Assembly (NCBI GenBank): GCA_024626585.2
Contig: JANKJI020000001.1
Span: 9,719,506 to 9,740,862 of the forward strand
Direction: 5' to 3'
Origin: Ginkgo biloba
Taxonomy: Eukaryota > Plantae > Ginkgophyta
DNA length: 21,357 nt
Position 1 is the stretch's first letter. Every line of letters begins with the position of its first letter. Under the pieces are notes generated by a model. That model saw only the letters and a list, made by a program, of their open reading frames with translations, searched no databases and was not told the origin of the DNA. A program made the translations under genes and the position numbers. Of the stretch, positions 1 through 13,420 are shown piece after piece.

Positions 1-1973
1 AATAAAGATAGATCTCTAGGCACCCTCTTAAGAAAATTTTAACAAGTAAGACTTCTTTAGGTCACTTTAAGCTCAAAATAAAACTAGATACCTTACTTCA
101 TAATCAGATGATATTACCAAAAAATTCATGCAAAATAATGCATCAAAATATACTTACCCATTATACCCAATACCATCACTAGATGAATATCAAAGGAAAA
201 TCGTGTTTCATTAAATAAAAATAAGCATTCAAATTCATATATTATGGCATCACTAGAAACATAAGATTTAAAAAGAAAAACTTAAATTTCATTTAATGTC
301 ACAAAATAGTTACCACTTTGCATCAATTCTCCAAAAATATTATACGTTAGTGTCGATATACAACTATAACAATTAGAATAAAAAATATAACCTAAAACTA
401 TTTTATCTTCTCCCCTCCAAAAGGAGAAAGAGAGAGAGCCATCTAGAGGGATAGTGAGTACCAAACATTTCCCTTTTATATTTTCTTAGCAAGAAGTGTT
501 AGGTGATCACTTCTTAATTCTTATGATAGTTGGTTTATGGTGGTTTGTATCATTAAAAATGAGTTAATACAAGTTGATTTTGCAACTTTCATTTTAATGT
601 CTTACCTTTAATATTTCTAACTTTCCTTGAAGAGGCTTCCATCTTTGACTTCCTAGTCACTCTTTCGTTAGTTTTTCGATGTCAGTCTCTAGTTTCCCAT
701 CATTCATTAATGTCATTTGTTAGCCTTCCTCTCCCTTCTCCTTTTAGTTATTCATTGTCATATATTTTTTGTGACTTCCCTTAATCCTCCATATTGTTAA
801 TGGACATATCCTCCACTTTTTCATTGTTGAGTGATGACACTCTCTACCATTAGTTATTACAAACCCTTCTCATAAAAATTCAAGTGTGCAAAGTAGTATT
901 CGATACTAATGGTAGATTCTTAAGGAGATACATTTAAATCTCTTTCATAAATACAAAAATGAAGCTTTAAATGACACATGTATGCCACATAGGGTGAAGG
1001 GCATGTCACCTCTGTAGACTTGAGATGTGGGTACTATTACTCATATTCATGATAGGTGAAAAATATCGTCACATTAAATTCTTATACTTTCAACATCAAC
1101 TATCAATGGGATAGGATGATTCACAATCTGATGCCACACATGTCAACATAGATGGATTTTAGGGGTCTTCATTTGTTTGGGGTTCTCCCTTGATACTTCA
1201 AGAATCAAAAATATGAAGATCCTGAACTATGACTATCACCACTTGATTTGTAACTTATTCAGCAAGTAAAATATCCCAATTTTATTAACTTCATATCCTT
1301 TAAATGAAATTATCTTCAAAATAAACAAACGATCACTATTTCTAAAATTTGCATGCTCTCCTATCAACTTGAATCTAGAAATTCAAGAACAAATAAAAAT
1401 GGACATGCACAAATATTTACATAGATATAAAATTTTTTATCTTGAGAAACCCTCGTAGGGAATAAAACTATATAATGGTGTAAGAAATTACAATTCAATT
1501 TTGCCTCTTCTTCTGTCTTGAGATGCAACTCATAGAGCTTACACAATATACAACAAAACATTCAATAATATGTGGAGATTTTATGTATTCAATAAACTCT
1601 CTCACACTCTCTTCTTTCTTCTCATGAAACTTTTATATATTCTCTCTTAATGGTTTTATGCTCCTTATGTCCTCTTCTCCCCCTCTACCTCTTTCTTCTA
1701 TCTCCCTTTGATTTTCCCTTCAAACCTTTTAGTTACCCTAATTGTTTAAAGGAGTTAAATCATTTTTCTAACTATTATTCCTTGGTTCTTTTCACCTTTG
1801 AATTATGAAATTCAAAAATCCATATAATGTTATTTATTCAATTTTAGGTTCGTTGTTGTAGAATGTCCAAGCAAAAAGGGTGCCGCGCTCCTCTTTTAAT
1901 CCTCAAGCTCTGAAATTCCAAAATGTCATAGACTAACTTTTATTTATTTTCAAGTTTGCAGAGTTCAAAACTT

Positions 1974-2363
1974 TTTCAAGGTCATGTATTCACTTAATTA
2001 TCCTAAAATTCCAATATCCCAAAATCCCAAACTCCTGAAAACCCAAACTCCCAAAAGTTTGAAATCCCAAAAGCCCAAAAAATAGAACTCCCGAAAATCT
2101 CAAAATTCAAAAAATTGACAAAGTGTTAAGCATGCAACAAAACTTTTAAAGTTTATCACCACTTTAAACTTTAAAAAATTTCAAGGGTGCATATTCACTT
2201 AAGTCACTCAAAATCCCAATCTTCTAAAATCATGAACTCCTGAAAGTCCAAAATCTTGAAAGTCCAAAAAGTTGAAAGCCCAAAACCTCAAAATCTAGAA
2301 ATTTGACTAAGTGTTGAGCATGAAAGGAAGTTTAAAATTTTATCACCACTTGAAACTTTAAAA
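1974..2363. repeat. Two imperfect tandem copies of a ~190-205 bp unit (~1974-2176, ~2179-2363) with an internal ~8-nt (t)cccaaaa/cctgaaa sub-repeat; probably non-coding LTR-retrotransposon sequence
   Basis: Both copies share tttcaagg..tattcacttaa, aactcctgaaa, aagtgtt(a/g)agcatg and tttatcaccactt(t/g)aaactttaaaa in the same order. Confidence 0.85.
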
Positions 2364-3789
2364 GTCAAGGAAATACCCCATTTGAGGATTTTTTCTGGTG
2401 GTTTTAGAAGCATCTAACATCACACGAAGTAGTTGTATCCAAATTATTTTTAGATTTAGAAAAGTAGGAAATTTTCTCTGTATTTTAGGCAGCTACAGAT
2501 TTTACAATAATTTTGATCCACAACTCCATTTTNNNNNNNNNNNNNNNNNNNNNNNNNNNNNNNNNNNNNNNNNNNNNNNNNNNNNNNNNNNNNNNNNNNN
2601 NNNNNNNNNNNNNNNNNNNNNNNNNNNNNNNNNNNNNNNNNNNNNNNNNNNNNNNNNNNNNNNNNNNNNNNNNNNNNNNNNNNNNNNNNNNNNNNNNNNN
2701 NNNNNNNNNNNNNNNNNNNNNNNNNNNNNNNNNNNNNNNNNNNNNNNNNNNNNNNNNNNNNNNNNNNNNNNNNNNNNNNNNNNNNNNNNNNNNNNNNNNN
2801 NNNNNNNNNNNNNNNNNNCCAGTTTTGAGCAAGCGTATGATCTAATTATCCTTTCTTAATTTATTTTTGAATATGTAAGACTTCAAAAATTTTATGAGGG
2901 TTGCATATCCATTAATTCCCAAAAACTTGAAGTCTCAAATAACTTCATTCATTTGGACATAATCTCCTTTCGGGTCCGTGTTGTTGAGTTTATGGAAAAA
3001 GACTTGTCGTGATGCCTTGGGAGTTATTTTAACTTCATTTAACCAAATTTTGGGTATGTGGAAGCTCAGGATTTATTTTGATAAAAGACTTTGGACGCAT
3101 TCCACTTATTTTCTCGAACTCCCAAAAACCCAAAATTTTCATTAACCATGCTTCATTTTCTTTTGGGTCCTCAAGATTTTAGAACGTTTGAGAGGAGGAC
3201 TACATCTCCATAAATCCTCAAAAATTTGAAGTCCCATATTCGTGAATGGAAAAAATATTTATTTAATCTTTTTTAATTTTGTCTCAATTCCATGGCTTTA
3301 AAACTTACTTTGGGACTTTATAAACCCGAGGAACCTAACTCTACCAATTCTCAAAGGTTGAAAGTCCTCAGTACTCCATTTATTTGGTGTTGCTTCTATT
3401 TTCTTAAGTAATTCTTTATCTTCGTGCTCCCCTTCTTACATAAGGAATAATACTCTTTATCTTCCCTACAAAGAGAAGCATGAAAAGGAGAAGAGCATGC
3501 TTATGGATTAATGCAGTAGCAGGGGGCAATGATAAAATATTTATAGGAGTGACCTCATAAGGCCTAGATAGACTTAGGCACACTAGGAATTCTTTCTAAG
3601 TGCTTATGGTGAACAAAATTGAGGGAGATAAAATATAGAATAATGGTTTATGGGGATTAAGCTATTATGGGAATCACTTTACTAAAGGATATATGCAACA
3701 AAGGCAAAAATAAAAAGGGGACCCAAGATGGGCGGAGTTAATAAGATTAACATATACAATTCACTTTATGATATGGAATCAGTCATGTA

Positions 3790-4360
3790 GGCCAAATTTA
3801 CACCATTAGATTCTCTATTTATTCCTTCAAAGATGAGGTCACATATCACATGAAACCCATAGGTTATTTTGATATATGTTTGGGATGGCCATACTAGTTT
3901 CGTTAGAATGTGGTCTTTGAAATCAAGAATAATTGATATATCCTCAAAAAGGAGGGTTACACCTATAGAATTACTCAACTTGATTAGTTAATTTGGTACC
4001 CCCTAAGTAAACCAAAAATATTGCTCGTACTACATTATAGTTCATTGTATTACTTATATGGGCACATGTTGATAAGTCAAATTGTGTTTCTAAAATGTAG
4101 GTTATAAGAGCTCTAGAATATCATCTTAATTGAAAACTTTAATACACTCATACATATGTGTTTGAGGATCAAAAGGGTATTTCACCCTCTAAAGGGGTTA
4201 ATCATAGCATTGACCTTTGTGCCACTAGATTTTCTTATGGGCTAACTTACAAAACCTATAATCTTAAGTATCTTAGGTTGAAGAGATAGTTGTAGTAGTT
4301 TATTGATACAACTAAATTTGATCCCATATGGCTCTTTGATACTCATATTTAAGAATAATA
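3790..4360 (+). mobile_element. Decayed Ty3/gypsy pol remnant: end of the aspartic-protease region and the linker into RT
   Basis: Translations TIRFSIYSFKDEVTYHMKPIGYFDICLGWPY*F (cf. FSIGxYxDEVxCDVVPMxxCxILLGRPWQF) and YVFEDQKGISPSKGVNHSIDL...LKR*L...PYGSLILI (cf. DVFEEPKGLPPxRGIEHxIDL...SPYGSPVLLV). Many stops. Confidence 0.75.
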
Positions 4361-4568
4361 TATTTTTATTAATTTTAGGGTTTCTTATTTCCTGTGCTTC
4401 TACAGTTGCCATGTTGTCGCTATCATTTTTAGGGTTTTAGTTCTCTTTTAGGGTTTATGTTCGTTATTNNNNNNNNNNNNNNNNNNNNNNNNNNNNNNNN
4501 NNNNNNNNNNNNNNNNNNNNNNNNNNNNNNNNNNNNNNNNNNNNNNNNNNNNNNNNNNNNNNNNNNNN

Positions 4569-4975
4569 CAGGGGCTTCCCTCCCCAACCAATCAGTTTAT
4601 AGAACAACACCTATCGAGAGTGCTGAGCTGGAATGACAGCTTACCCAACTCATTGAAGAAGGCAAGATACAACCTAGCGTATCTCCTTGTGGTTCCCATG
4701 CCCTACTCATCCCAAAAAAGGATAATGAGTGGTGATTATGCGTTGATTATTACGCATTGAACAAAATCACTTTAAAAAATAGGTACTCTTTTCATTATAG
4801 ATAAGATTTGATTAATTAGCTAGAGAGGGGATTATGTTCTTATGATTGATCTCAAATATATCTATCACCATATCAGAGTGAAACTACAAGACAATTAAAA
4901 AATATTATTCAAGACATGTTTAGGAATATATGAGTTAATGGTCATGCCTTTTAGATTGACCAATGTCCTTGATAT
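4569..4975 (+). mobile_element. Decayed Ty3/gypsy reverse transcriptase, N-terminal half
   Basis: GASLPNQSVYRTTPIESAELE*QLTQLIEEGKIQPSVSPCGSHALLIPKKDNEW*LCVDYYALNKITLKNRY...IDLKYIYHHIRV...FKTCLGIYELMVMPFRLTN. It repeats the pre-RT region already present at ~4150-4360, so it is a separate copy. Confidence 0.92.
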
Positions 4976-4979
4976 AGTG

Positions 4980-5860
4980 TTAGAATAGACATGGAATAAG
5001 TTGCTTTATTGAAAACATCATTAAGAAATCGAATGACAATAGAGAAATTATTAGAAGAAAGGATACTCACTGTTAATACTCATCCAAATCCATCTCTAAT
5101 ATTTGAATAACCAGATAAAAGGCTTACTATTAGAGTAGAAGAAGAAGACGAAGATAATACTCAAATGACGATCCAAGAAGAAGTGCATATCATTGCATAT
5201 GCTTGTATTCTAGAAGAACTAAGCATTACAAGTTGTAGTTGCATTTGAATGAAAATTTATAACCAATAAAAATATCTTCGTCAAAGACACTCTTAGGCAG
5301 CAAATAGCAAAGATCCCTCCTTTTGATAAGCTGACACTTCCTACTAAAATTGTAAGAGAACTCCAAAACATAAGGAAGGATGATAGTATCTTCATAAAAT
5401 TAGATAATAAGAAAGTAGGACTCATCATGATGAAAAAATATAGGTATTATAATGAAGGTTTTAAGGCAGTCATCCAACCTGTTTGTTTATAAAAAAAGTT
5501 GGCATGGTGCCTTGGTAGTTATTATAGAGTAGTCTGAGAAAGCTTGTGGATTATTTTGGAGAACTATTTTCTAGAGTAGAAGACTATCTCCTCGCTAATA
5601 TACCCTCAAAATTTGAACCCTAAGTGTTTCACCTCCTACCCAAAATCCATAAGGTAGTTATATTAGCAATACCTATCTACAACTATTGAGGTTACATGCT
5701 AGAGTCATATTTTAAATTTCTCCACCACATTCTACTGCCCATCCTCTTAAACTATAAAAACCACCTTCCTAACTCTATCACACTTCTCAACCTTATTATA
5801 AAAAATCATTTTGCTTCTAATGTCATTCTCTTCACATTTGGTGTTGAATCTCTCTATTGA
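4980..5860 (+). mobile_element. Penelope-like element (PLE) RT, fragment A: N-terminal region and RT motifs 1, 2 and A; pseudogenised
   Basis: LQNIRKDDSIFIKLDNKKVGLIMMKKYRYYNEG (5361-5459; cf. LxxLRxDxxIxIKPADKNxGxVxMxxxxYxxEG). VFHLLPKIHKVVILAIPI (LPKIHK 5636-5653; cf. FYxLPKIHK..GRPI). Then, in the same frame, KFLHHILLPIL..HLPNSITLLNLI..VILFTFGVESLY (TFGVESLY 5834-5857; cf. LxTxDVxSLY). The 5' boundary is approximate. Confidence 0.88.
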
Positions 5861-5906
5861 TTTGGGTCAAGTCTAGTACATAATCCTCATCAACTCCTTT
5901 TTCTAT

Positions 5907-5920
5907 AGTGGGAGGATTTG
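5907..5920 (+). mobile_element. Candidate polypurine tract and TG start of an LTR
   Basis: agtgggagga-tt-TG lies about 50 nt after PLE homology ends and is followed by non-coding sequence. No partner LTR was identified. Confidence 0.4.
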
Positions 5921-8885
5921 ATGAACATCATGTTGAGGCCACCACTTAAGAATCCCACATCTCAGTTACTTTTTTTTCTATTTAGAAGTTTGGTTGTTAG
6001 AGGTTTCATCAAGGTTAAATGAAAAGTGCTCAACAAAAATCCAGGAGGCCAAAATGATTAAAGGCTATGTGAACTTTTTAGAATTCAAGGATTTGAAAGG
6101 CTAAGTTGCACCCAATGATTGTAAAAAAAATGTTTGAAACCACATAGACCTAGGGAAAATATTAATCATATTTTATGTGCACGCACTTATAAATAATTAG
6201 GCTTTCCATATTTTTAGGAATTTGGAGGTTCAGGCAATTTAAGTAAGCATGCCCAGTAAGAGTTTCTAACCCTTAGCCCTAAAAAGGAGATCAAACTAAG
6301 TTTATGATATTCTAGAGAGCTCATTATTTGGAAATATGTTGATTTCCATAATTTTAAAAGTATGATACTTCAAGGTTTCAGGAGGATCAAGTGGAAAGGC
6401 ATCGACACCCTTCATCAAAATCCCTAAAGATTCATAGACCCAAAAAGAGAATCCAACTGAGTTAAAGCTTCATGACTTGGTATTTTAGGAACAAGATACC
6501 AAAGGGACTTCAAAGTTCAAATTTTAAGAGATTTAAGAGATTGTCTTGTGATACCTTGTGTGGACACAACTCAGCCACCTATCCCACAACCATAGCCACT
6601 TAGAGTGGATCCATGCATGAGAATGGGTGGAAAATATCTTTGAGGGTTTCACTAGACACCTCATGTCAAGAAGTTTATGAACGTATGNNNNNNNNNNNNN
6701 NNNNNNNNNNNNNNNNNNNNNNNNNNNNNNNNNNNNNNNNNNNNNNNNNNNNNNNNNNNNNNNNNNNNNNNNNNNNNNNNNNNNNNNCCATACTGGGGAA
6801 TGCAATGCATTCCCCATCATATGTACTTCATTTGGCTCTGTTCTTTTAAATTTTTTATAGATATCACCATTTGATGAGAGGCACAATCCACCATTTACAT
6901 CCATCACCTGCCACGTGATGTTTATATAGTGCTATGAATACTCACAATCCAGTTGTGTTATCTCATAGCTATATCCATAAACACATATGTCCTTAGCTCC
7001 CATTGACATGTGCACCAATGGTGTTGCCTCTACATTTGAAGACATCGCTCTATTACAACTCCTATCCATACTTTCTCTACATCATCTCAAATGATATTAT
7101 TCACTGGGTACAATCACATCTTCTCAATATTAGTAGATCTCATCAGCAAATCCTACACCTTGGATGATCGAATCCATACTCACATCATTCAAAGCACATT
7201 CAACTAGGTTGATTTCATTTGCTTCTCCGTCAATCATACGTTGTTATTCCTTAATTTTATGCACATCCTCTTGCACGACGATTATGCAGCAACTCACAAA
7301 TGTCATGCGTTCTCTCCATAACTAGTTAAATCAAATTTAATCACATGTAATTTTGTATTTTTAGGAGTGCCAATATAAGATGATATCTCTGCATTAACAT
7401 TGTAAATATTCCAGTGTATGTGATGTTGCATCCATGTTTCACTTATATTAAGAGTTCCAACTGCAAGAGCAGAGGCAATATAGAGATTGCTCCATTATTT
7501 TGGACACCCAGTGATCACCACAATAACATGTAGACACCAGTAATTGAGATTTCAACAAGAGATACATGCATCATCTTAGCAAGTTAGCCCTATTATAGGC
7601 TACCCATATTTTAAAGTAATCACCAACGTCTTTTGTTCAATGCTCTTCACAAATACAACTACACATCATTTTAGCCACCATACATCTAATAATGATTAAT
7701 TATAGATACACTCAACAATTATCATCACTATAACAAATTCTACAGTCAGTGATTCCACTCAGAGAACCTCATGTAAAATTATTAGCTACACAGTTTTCAT
7801 TTAGATGCTTGTACATGAATTAACAATCATATTTACCTCTATACTCACATTTATAATTTATATTTGTTACACATCATTTTTTGCTGACTCTCTTTTTCAA
7901 GGTTCCAAGAGAATCATTTACACAACTATAGTTCATTCATTAGTTCAATGATCTTTTATTAATTTGGCATCCATGTCCATTGAGGTGAATCTTATCCATA
8001 ACCATGTCGCCTTCAGATCGCTCATACGACTCATTTATCACAATCATATATGGAGAATACTTATCATCTACAGATACAAGCAACAGAGGTATATCACATC
8101 ATTATAACATTGAACAATTATGCAACCGATACCACACTATATCGCATCCATGAAGCCATATCCTATTGATTATCAAGATATTATCACCATAGTAGAACCA
8201 TTCATCCTAAATTATAATCTTATATTTCATCATTCCATAATTTAAGGTTTCATATGATTCCCTAGTTCATCTCCCATCACCCTACCATTCATTCTCCTTC
8301 ACTCATACAATCACTTTTTTATTCAAGTTTTAGACTTGGGGGAACCAATTTCTATTTGTTTATATATGTGCACTTATTTTATCATAGCATATTAATTAAT
8401 ATACGCCATATCCCACTTTCATTTTCTCTATTTTCTATAGTGCTAATGTTTATCTGGTGCTAGCATCGATATTTTTTTAATGCTTTTTTAAGATGGTATC
8501 CCTTAAGTAATCCACCTTATAGATTCAAAGTTGCAGAAGGGATGAATGAGGGAAAATCTTAAGGATTGCCTTATTTTTATAAGTATAATTANNNNNNNNN
8601 NNNNNNNNNNNNNNNNNNNNNNNNNNNNNNNNNNNNNNNNNNNNNNNNNNNNNNNNNNNNNNNNNNNNNNNNNNNNNNNNNNNNNNNNNNNTCCAACACA
8701 ATGACTATTAAAGGCCATATTATTAATAATAATATTCCTTTGCGCATATATCAACTAGAATTAGCCTCATGGATAATTTAATAAAGACACTTTGTTAACT
8801 CATAGCTAATAAAGTAAGAGAGATATATGAGGTAGGAAGAGAAATACCCAATATAGTAAAAAAAATTCAATGGATTCCCTATGGT

Positions 8886-9748
8886 CATATCCTCCTCTCA
8901 TGGTTAGACCCTCATAGAACCATTTTCTATCCCCCTCCTGGTTAGGATGGCACATCATTTTATCCAATAAGTATGGAAACTCTCTCCTCGACCTGTCCAA
9001 AGGAACTTGCTTGGCCTTATATGGGTATTAACCCTTCCTTCTAATAAGGAATGAGTCTAAAGTAGAAGATCTTATCTTCTTAGCTTGATTCTTGCAGATC
9101 ATATCCTCTTGTGAAGGATCTATAAAATCTTGTACTATCCCATTTGGATGTTAAGGTTAACTTATATAAATCTCCTTAAATAATGGTTACTCATATAGCT
9201 TCAACTTGTCTACATTGAACATAATATTAAGTCCTAAATAAGGTCAAAAGTGAAGGTAGAATGCATTATATCCATACTACTCCCTGTACCTTCTCCTTTG
9301 GAAGATATATCCAAACTTTATTTTCCACCTCAAAAGAATTACCTACTAACCCCCTTGTACCTATGTAGATCCTTCTCCAAGGCCTCATGAACTGTCTATG
9401 TACCCTTTGAATATGATTAATAAATTTTATAAATTTCCCATGAGCCTATCCATCAGATGATAAATATGTAGAAGGTAATGATAGCACCTACAAATTAATA
9501 AGAGACAGGTAAAACCCCAAGCAATCCTCAAAAGGATAAATCCTAATAGAGTGATGAATGGCTCTATTATAACTATGATGGATGTAAGAGAGAGACTCAT
9601 CTCAATTCTTGGCATGACTATCATTAGATATATGCAATGCATGTAGCAAGGTGTTATTCACTACCTCTCTTTGTCCATTTTTCTATGGGTGAAAAGAAGT
9701 TAACAACTTTAACTTCATATATATCATCCCCCATAAATGTGTCTAAAA
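8886..9748 (-). mobile_element. Decayed Ty3/gypsy integrase (core and C-terminus) followed by a PPT/LTR start
   Basis: Minus strand reads F*THLWGMIYMKLKLLTSFHP*KNGQREVVNNTLLHAL...*DESLSYIHHSYNRAIHHSIRIYPFEDCLG (cf. TAFHPQTDGQTEVVNRTL..WDE.L...SYNRA.H), then FEVENKVWIYLPKE and YGYNAFYLHF*PYLGLNIMFNVDKLKLYE. PPT gagaggagga (8899-8890) is followed by TG at 8887-8886. Confidence 0.9.
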
Positions 9749-10076
9749 NNNNNNNNNNNNNNNNNNNNNNNNNNNNNNNNNNNNNNNNNNNNNNNNNNNN
9801 NNNNNNNNNNNNNNNNNNNNNNNNNNNNNNNNNNNNNNNNNNNNNNNNAGGAGGATGCGTATCTTCATGAAAATTTTCCTTCTAGGGTGGTGAACCCTTG
9901 GCCCAACATGAACATCACTAGAAATGCAAAGAAGGAACAATAAATATCCAAGAAGTTCTATCACCCCATAGGTTTCATCCACTTCCTTTATAAGATTCAA
10001 TTTATGTTGGAAAGAGAGATGAGGTTATTATCCCCTAGATACCTTCTCCTTACTAGGATAATTAGGGATAATAAGC

Positions 10077-10910
10077 CAATAAAGGGAGTATCGATCCCTT
10101 AGAATTCCTATGTTATTGGCTTGGTCAAGGTGCCCCAATAGACAAAAGTAACAACTTTTGTGGGATTGTTAAGTGATAGAAGGCATTAATAGTTTAACCA
10201 AGTTAATCTTAATGATATGCCTCGCATGAGGACCTTACGAGACTGAAAATTTTATGTCATTTACGATGCTAGAAATGAGAGGGAAACTAAGGAAATAATA
10301 AAAGAGAACTGTACGGTCATGAATCAAAACTTTTCCATTGGCTAGAATTAAATCATTTATTCAAAGTAGTTACTAATATCTCTATACATGCTTGAAAGAT
10401 TTGGGATTTTTTGTAATTAATATCTCTCCATTATTTTTTATAAATCCCCTAGTAGTGCATTTAGAAAGTCATAAAAAATTGCCTGGCTAAGCCATTTCCT
10501 CAATAGACAAAAGTATACATCCCTTGAAAGTCTTGCATTATTGGATTGTTCAGGGATCCCCAATAGAAAAAAGTAGTAGATTTTAAGGGACAATTAAGTG
10601 ACAATGAGCATTAATGATATGCCTTTCCTGAGGACATTACAAGTCTAATGAATCTATGCCATTTGTGGTACCAATGATGAGAGGGAAACCAAGGAAATAA
10701 TTAGAGATAACCTTGTGGTCATGACTCATCACTTTGCCATTAGCCAGAATAAAATCATTTTTAAACAATAGTTACTGATGACCTCACACAGGCGTAAAAG
10801 ATTCGAGCATTTTCTTAATGAAGATCCCGCAATTATTTTTTATAAATATTGTAGCAGTGCATTTAGTATGTCACAAAAAAATTTCCTAGTCAAACCGATT
10901 CCTTAATACA
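10077..10910 (-). repeat. Diverged tandem duplication (~10077-10500, ~10501-10910) with a 402-nt core period; probably a decayed coding repeat on the minus strand
   Basis: Anchors gggaaac (10281/10683) and gtgcatttag (10455/10857) are 402 nt apart. ccccaatag (10133/10558) is 425 apart because copy 1 has a 23-nt insertion. Confidence 0.85.
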
Positions 10911-13420
10911 ATCTATTAAAAAGTTGGTACAATTTATTTGATTCTAAGGATATATTAGTCGGTAAAGAACCATTTATAGTGAGCAACCTAGAATTGAGGA
11001 AGCTAAGAATTAAATCCAGAATACTATTTTTATGATAATTTGGAAACTAAATCTTTTTGGGTAACTAAGGCAATAGAAGATCATCCAAGCCATTTCACTC
11101 AGGAATATAAATAATTTTTTTTGGTTGATGGGAGTGGAAGCACAATCTAACCTAATTAGCTTTGAAATGGGTTATAATAATAAAATATTTCAAGGCCCTA
11201 ATGTTATACCTCCCATACTTAGTGATCCTAGAAATGCTTTGTCACTTTGAGTTANNNNNNNNNNNNNNNNNNNNNNNNNNNNNNNNNNNNNNNNNNNNNN
11301 NNNNNNNNNNNNNNNNNNNNNNNNNNNNNNNNNNNNNNNNNNNNNNNNNNNNNNCTAACCTATGGGTGATTGTGTATAAGAAGAAAATACCATTGAAGAA
11401 TTTACTAGTGAAGAAGGACAAGGAGGGAAAATATACCCCTCTAGAATAGTCTTAATGATAGGTGAATCCATTTCAAAAGGGTTCCTAAATCCATCTTGAG
11501 TGATTTCAATCATTATTTTGGGTCGTAAACCTCTTAGATGCCCATAAAAATAGATAGGATAATGTAAGGATTTAACAAAACCCCTTGGGAATCAAGAGTG
11601 AAAGGATGGCTTGGTTAGATGAGCTATAGTGAACGATTAGTTGAGATCAAAAGTCCTCATGTAACTATCAAAAGGCCAATCTAAAAAACAAGCAAGCCCA
11701 AATTAACATAAAAGTAAAATCAACATGAACAATAAATGATAATGTGCACAAAGGTCTTGTTATTATGTGTGTTTGTTAAAGTGCAATTGAATGTTCCCTT
11801 TAAAATTAGAATACAAACAAAATGCATGTGAGAATTACTTGTAAGAATAACTTGTGAATCAAGTATAGAACAAGGCGACTAGGGCCCATGAGAAAATTAT
11901 GGGGCACCACTTCCCTCACCTCTTAGGATGAAAAATGGAAGTAAATGTTTTTAACAAAAAAATAGGAAATTTATAGAACCCTAGGTACCAAGATGCACCA
12001 CTCACTTTGAATGGAGGCTCATTAGTCCAAGACAAGTATTCGCTAAGGGACCTGTGACTTTCTCCCTCCTAAAAGAGAGAGAGATATTAGCCACAAAATG
12101 ATACAAATTGTATTAATGGATAGATTGATGTTAAAGGAGTCCAAACTTATGCCAACAGACAGGTGCAAGGCAATAAGAAGTCGGTGATAGAATTGCGATA
12201 AGTTGGTTGAGAATCGATGGATAGGTGACAACCAAAGATAAGTGTGATAGATAGTGAGCAAAAAGAACTATGAGTAAATGAACCAAATAGAGTAGGATTT
12301 GGATGATGGTTAAGCCATGTGGTCATACTCATGAGCAATTAGTCGAACAAAATAGGCAAGGTCAGAGTTAGACCTTGGTCTTGGCTACTAAAGAAAAAAT
12401 CTATTATATTCATTCGAAGGAGAGTGGGCCATTGTAATAGAATTTTCATTAGGCATTGAATGTGTAATTGTGTAAGTGTAATGAATGATTGTGTTCCCTC
12501 ATATATATGTGTATACTCTTATAGTGGTTGTGCATTGTGTTTAGGTGTTTGGATTATGTTCTAAGTGTTTAATGGATGCATGTTTATGAATTGGCTAAGT
12601 GAGAAAAGGAACTAGGGTACTAGGAAAACCAGGAAAGTGGTAGACTAGGAAGGGTTGGTGTTAGTCATAATTTTGGGCTAGATGATGTGAATGACCAGTT
12701 GGAAGGACAAGCATAGTCTGGGTGCTCAATTACCCATAATTTAGTCTTCCAGTACTACACGATTCTAATCTTGAGGATTTTGGAGTATAAAGGACAAAGA
12801 AAATTGAAGTAAACTTGGGACTTATGACAAAATGATGAAATGAAGTGTAGATGATAGGGAATGTGTTGCATTCTCTAGTATGGCCACCAAAATATATTCC
12901 CCATCTCTAAAATATGTGTTCCAGTATGGTCAGAAAAATATGTTAGGGGAAAGTACCACTCCCCAATATGATATTATTTACTAGATTTTGTGTACCCTAG
13001 GAATAATAAAGATTTTACCAAAACACCCAAGGTAAGGGTCACACAAAATTGAGATAGAAAAAAAAATTAAAATCCCTCAGCTCATTGTTAGGGTTGGTTC
13101 CCTCAAATTTTTACAAATATAAAAAAAGTGAAAATGAATGGAAACTATGTACAAACATATTCACATTATACATAAAGACTACTATTGTTTGCATATAATA
13201 TGAACTAGTAATAGACAATGATAAATGCAAGGAAAATCTATAAAATCTGCTACTTGACTCAGATAATAGAGCAAGGTTTAAGATTGGTGAGGAAAGGAAG
13301 ATTTAGATAAAATATTTTTTTAGCACCCTCTTAGGGATACATCTTAGTACTATAAAATAGGTCCCTTATATTTTAATGATGGACCAAAATAGATTGACCT
13401 ATTGAGGGATGAGATTGCCT

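Noticed and set aside
1974-2363. Short periodic repeats as a CRISPR-like array
   Set aside because: Eukaryotic context with degenerate 8-nt units and no constant repeat/unique spacer structure.
2398-2859. Long ORFs containing X runs (here and at the other gaps)
   Set aside because: Artefacts of N-gaps.
4990-5490. A-rich ORF-like stretch as an endogenous caulimovirid
   Set aside because: It leads directly into PLE motifs (IKxxxKxxG, LPKIHK, VESLY). No viral movement, coat or caulimovirid RT motifs were seen.
11050-13420. Possible gypsy connection/RNase H remnant (KALMLYLPYLVILEMLCHFEL) and LTR-like sequence
   Set aside because: Probably TE-derived, but too degenerate to assign a family or boundaries by eye.
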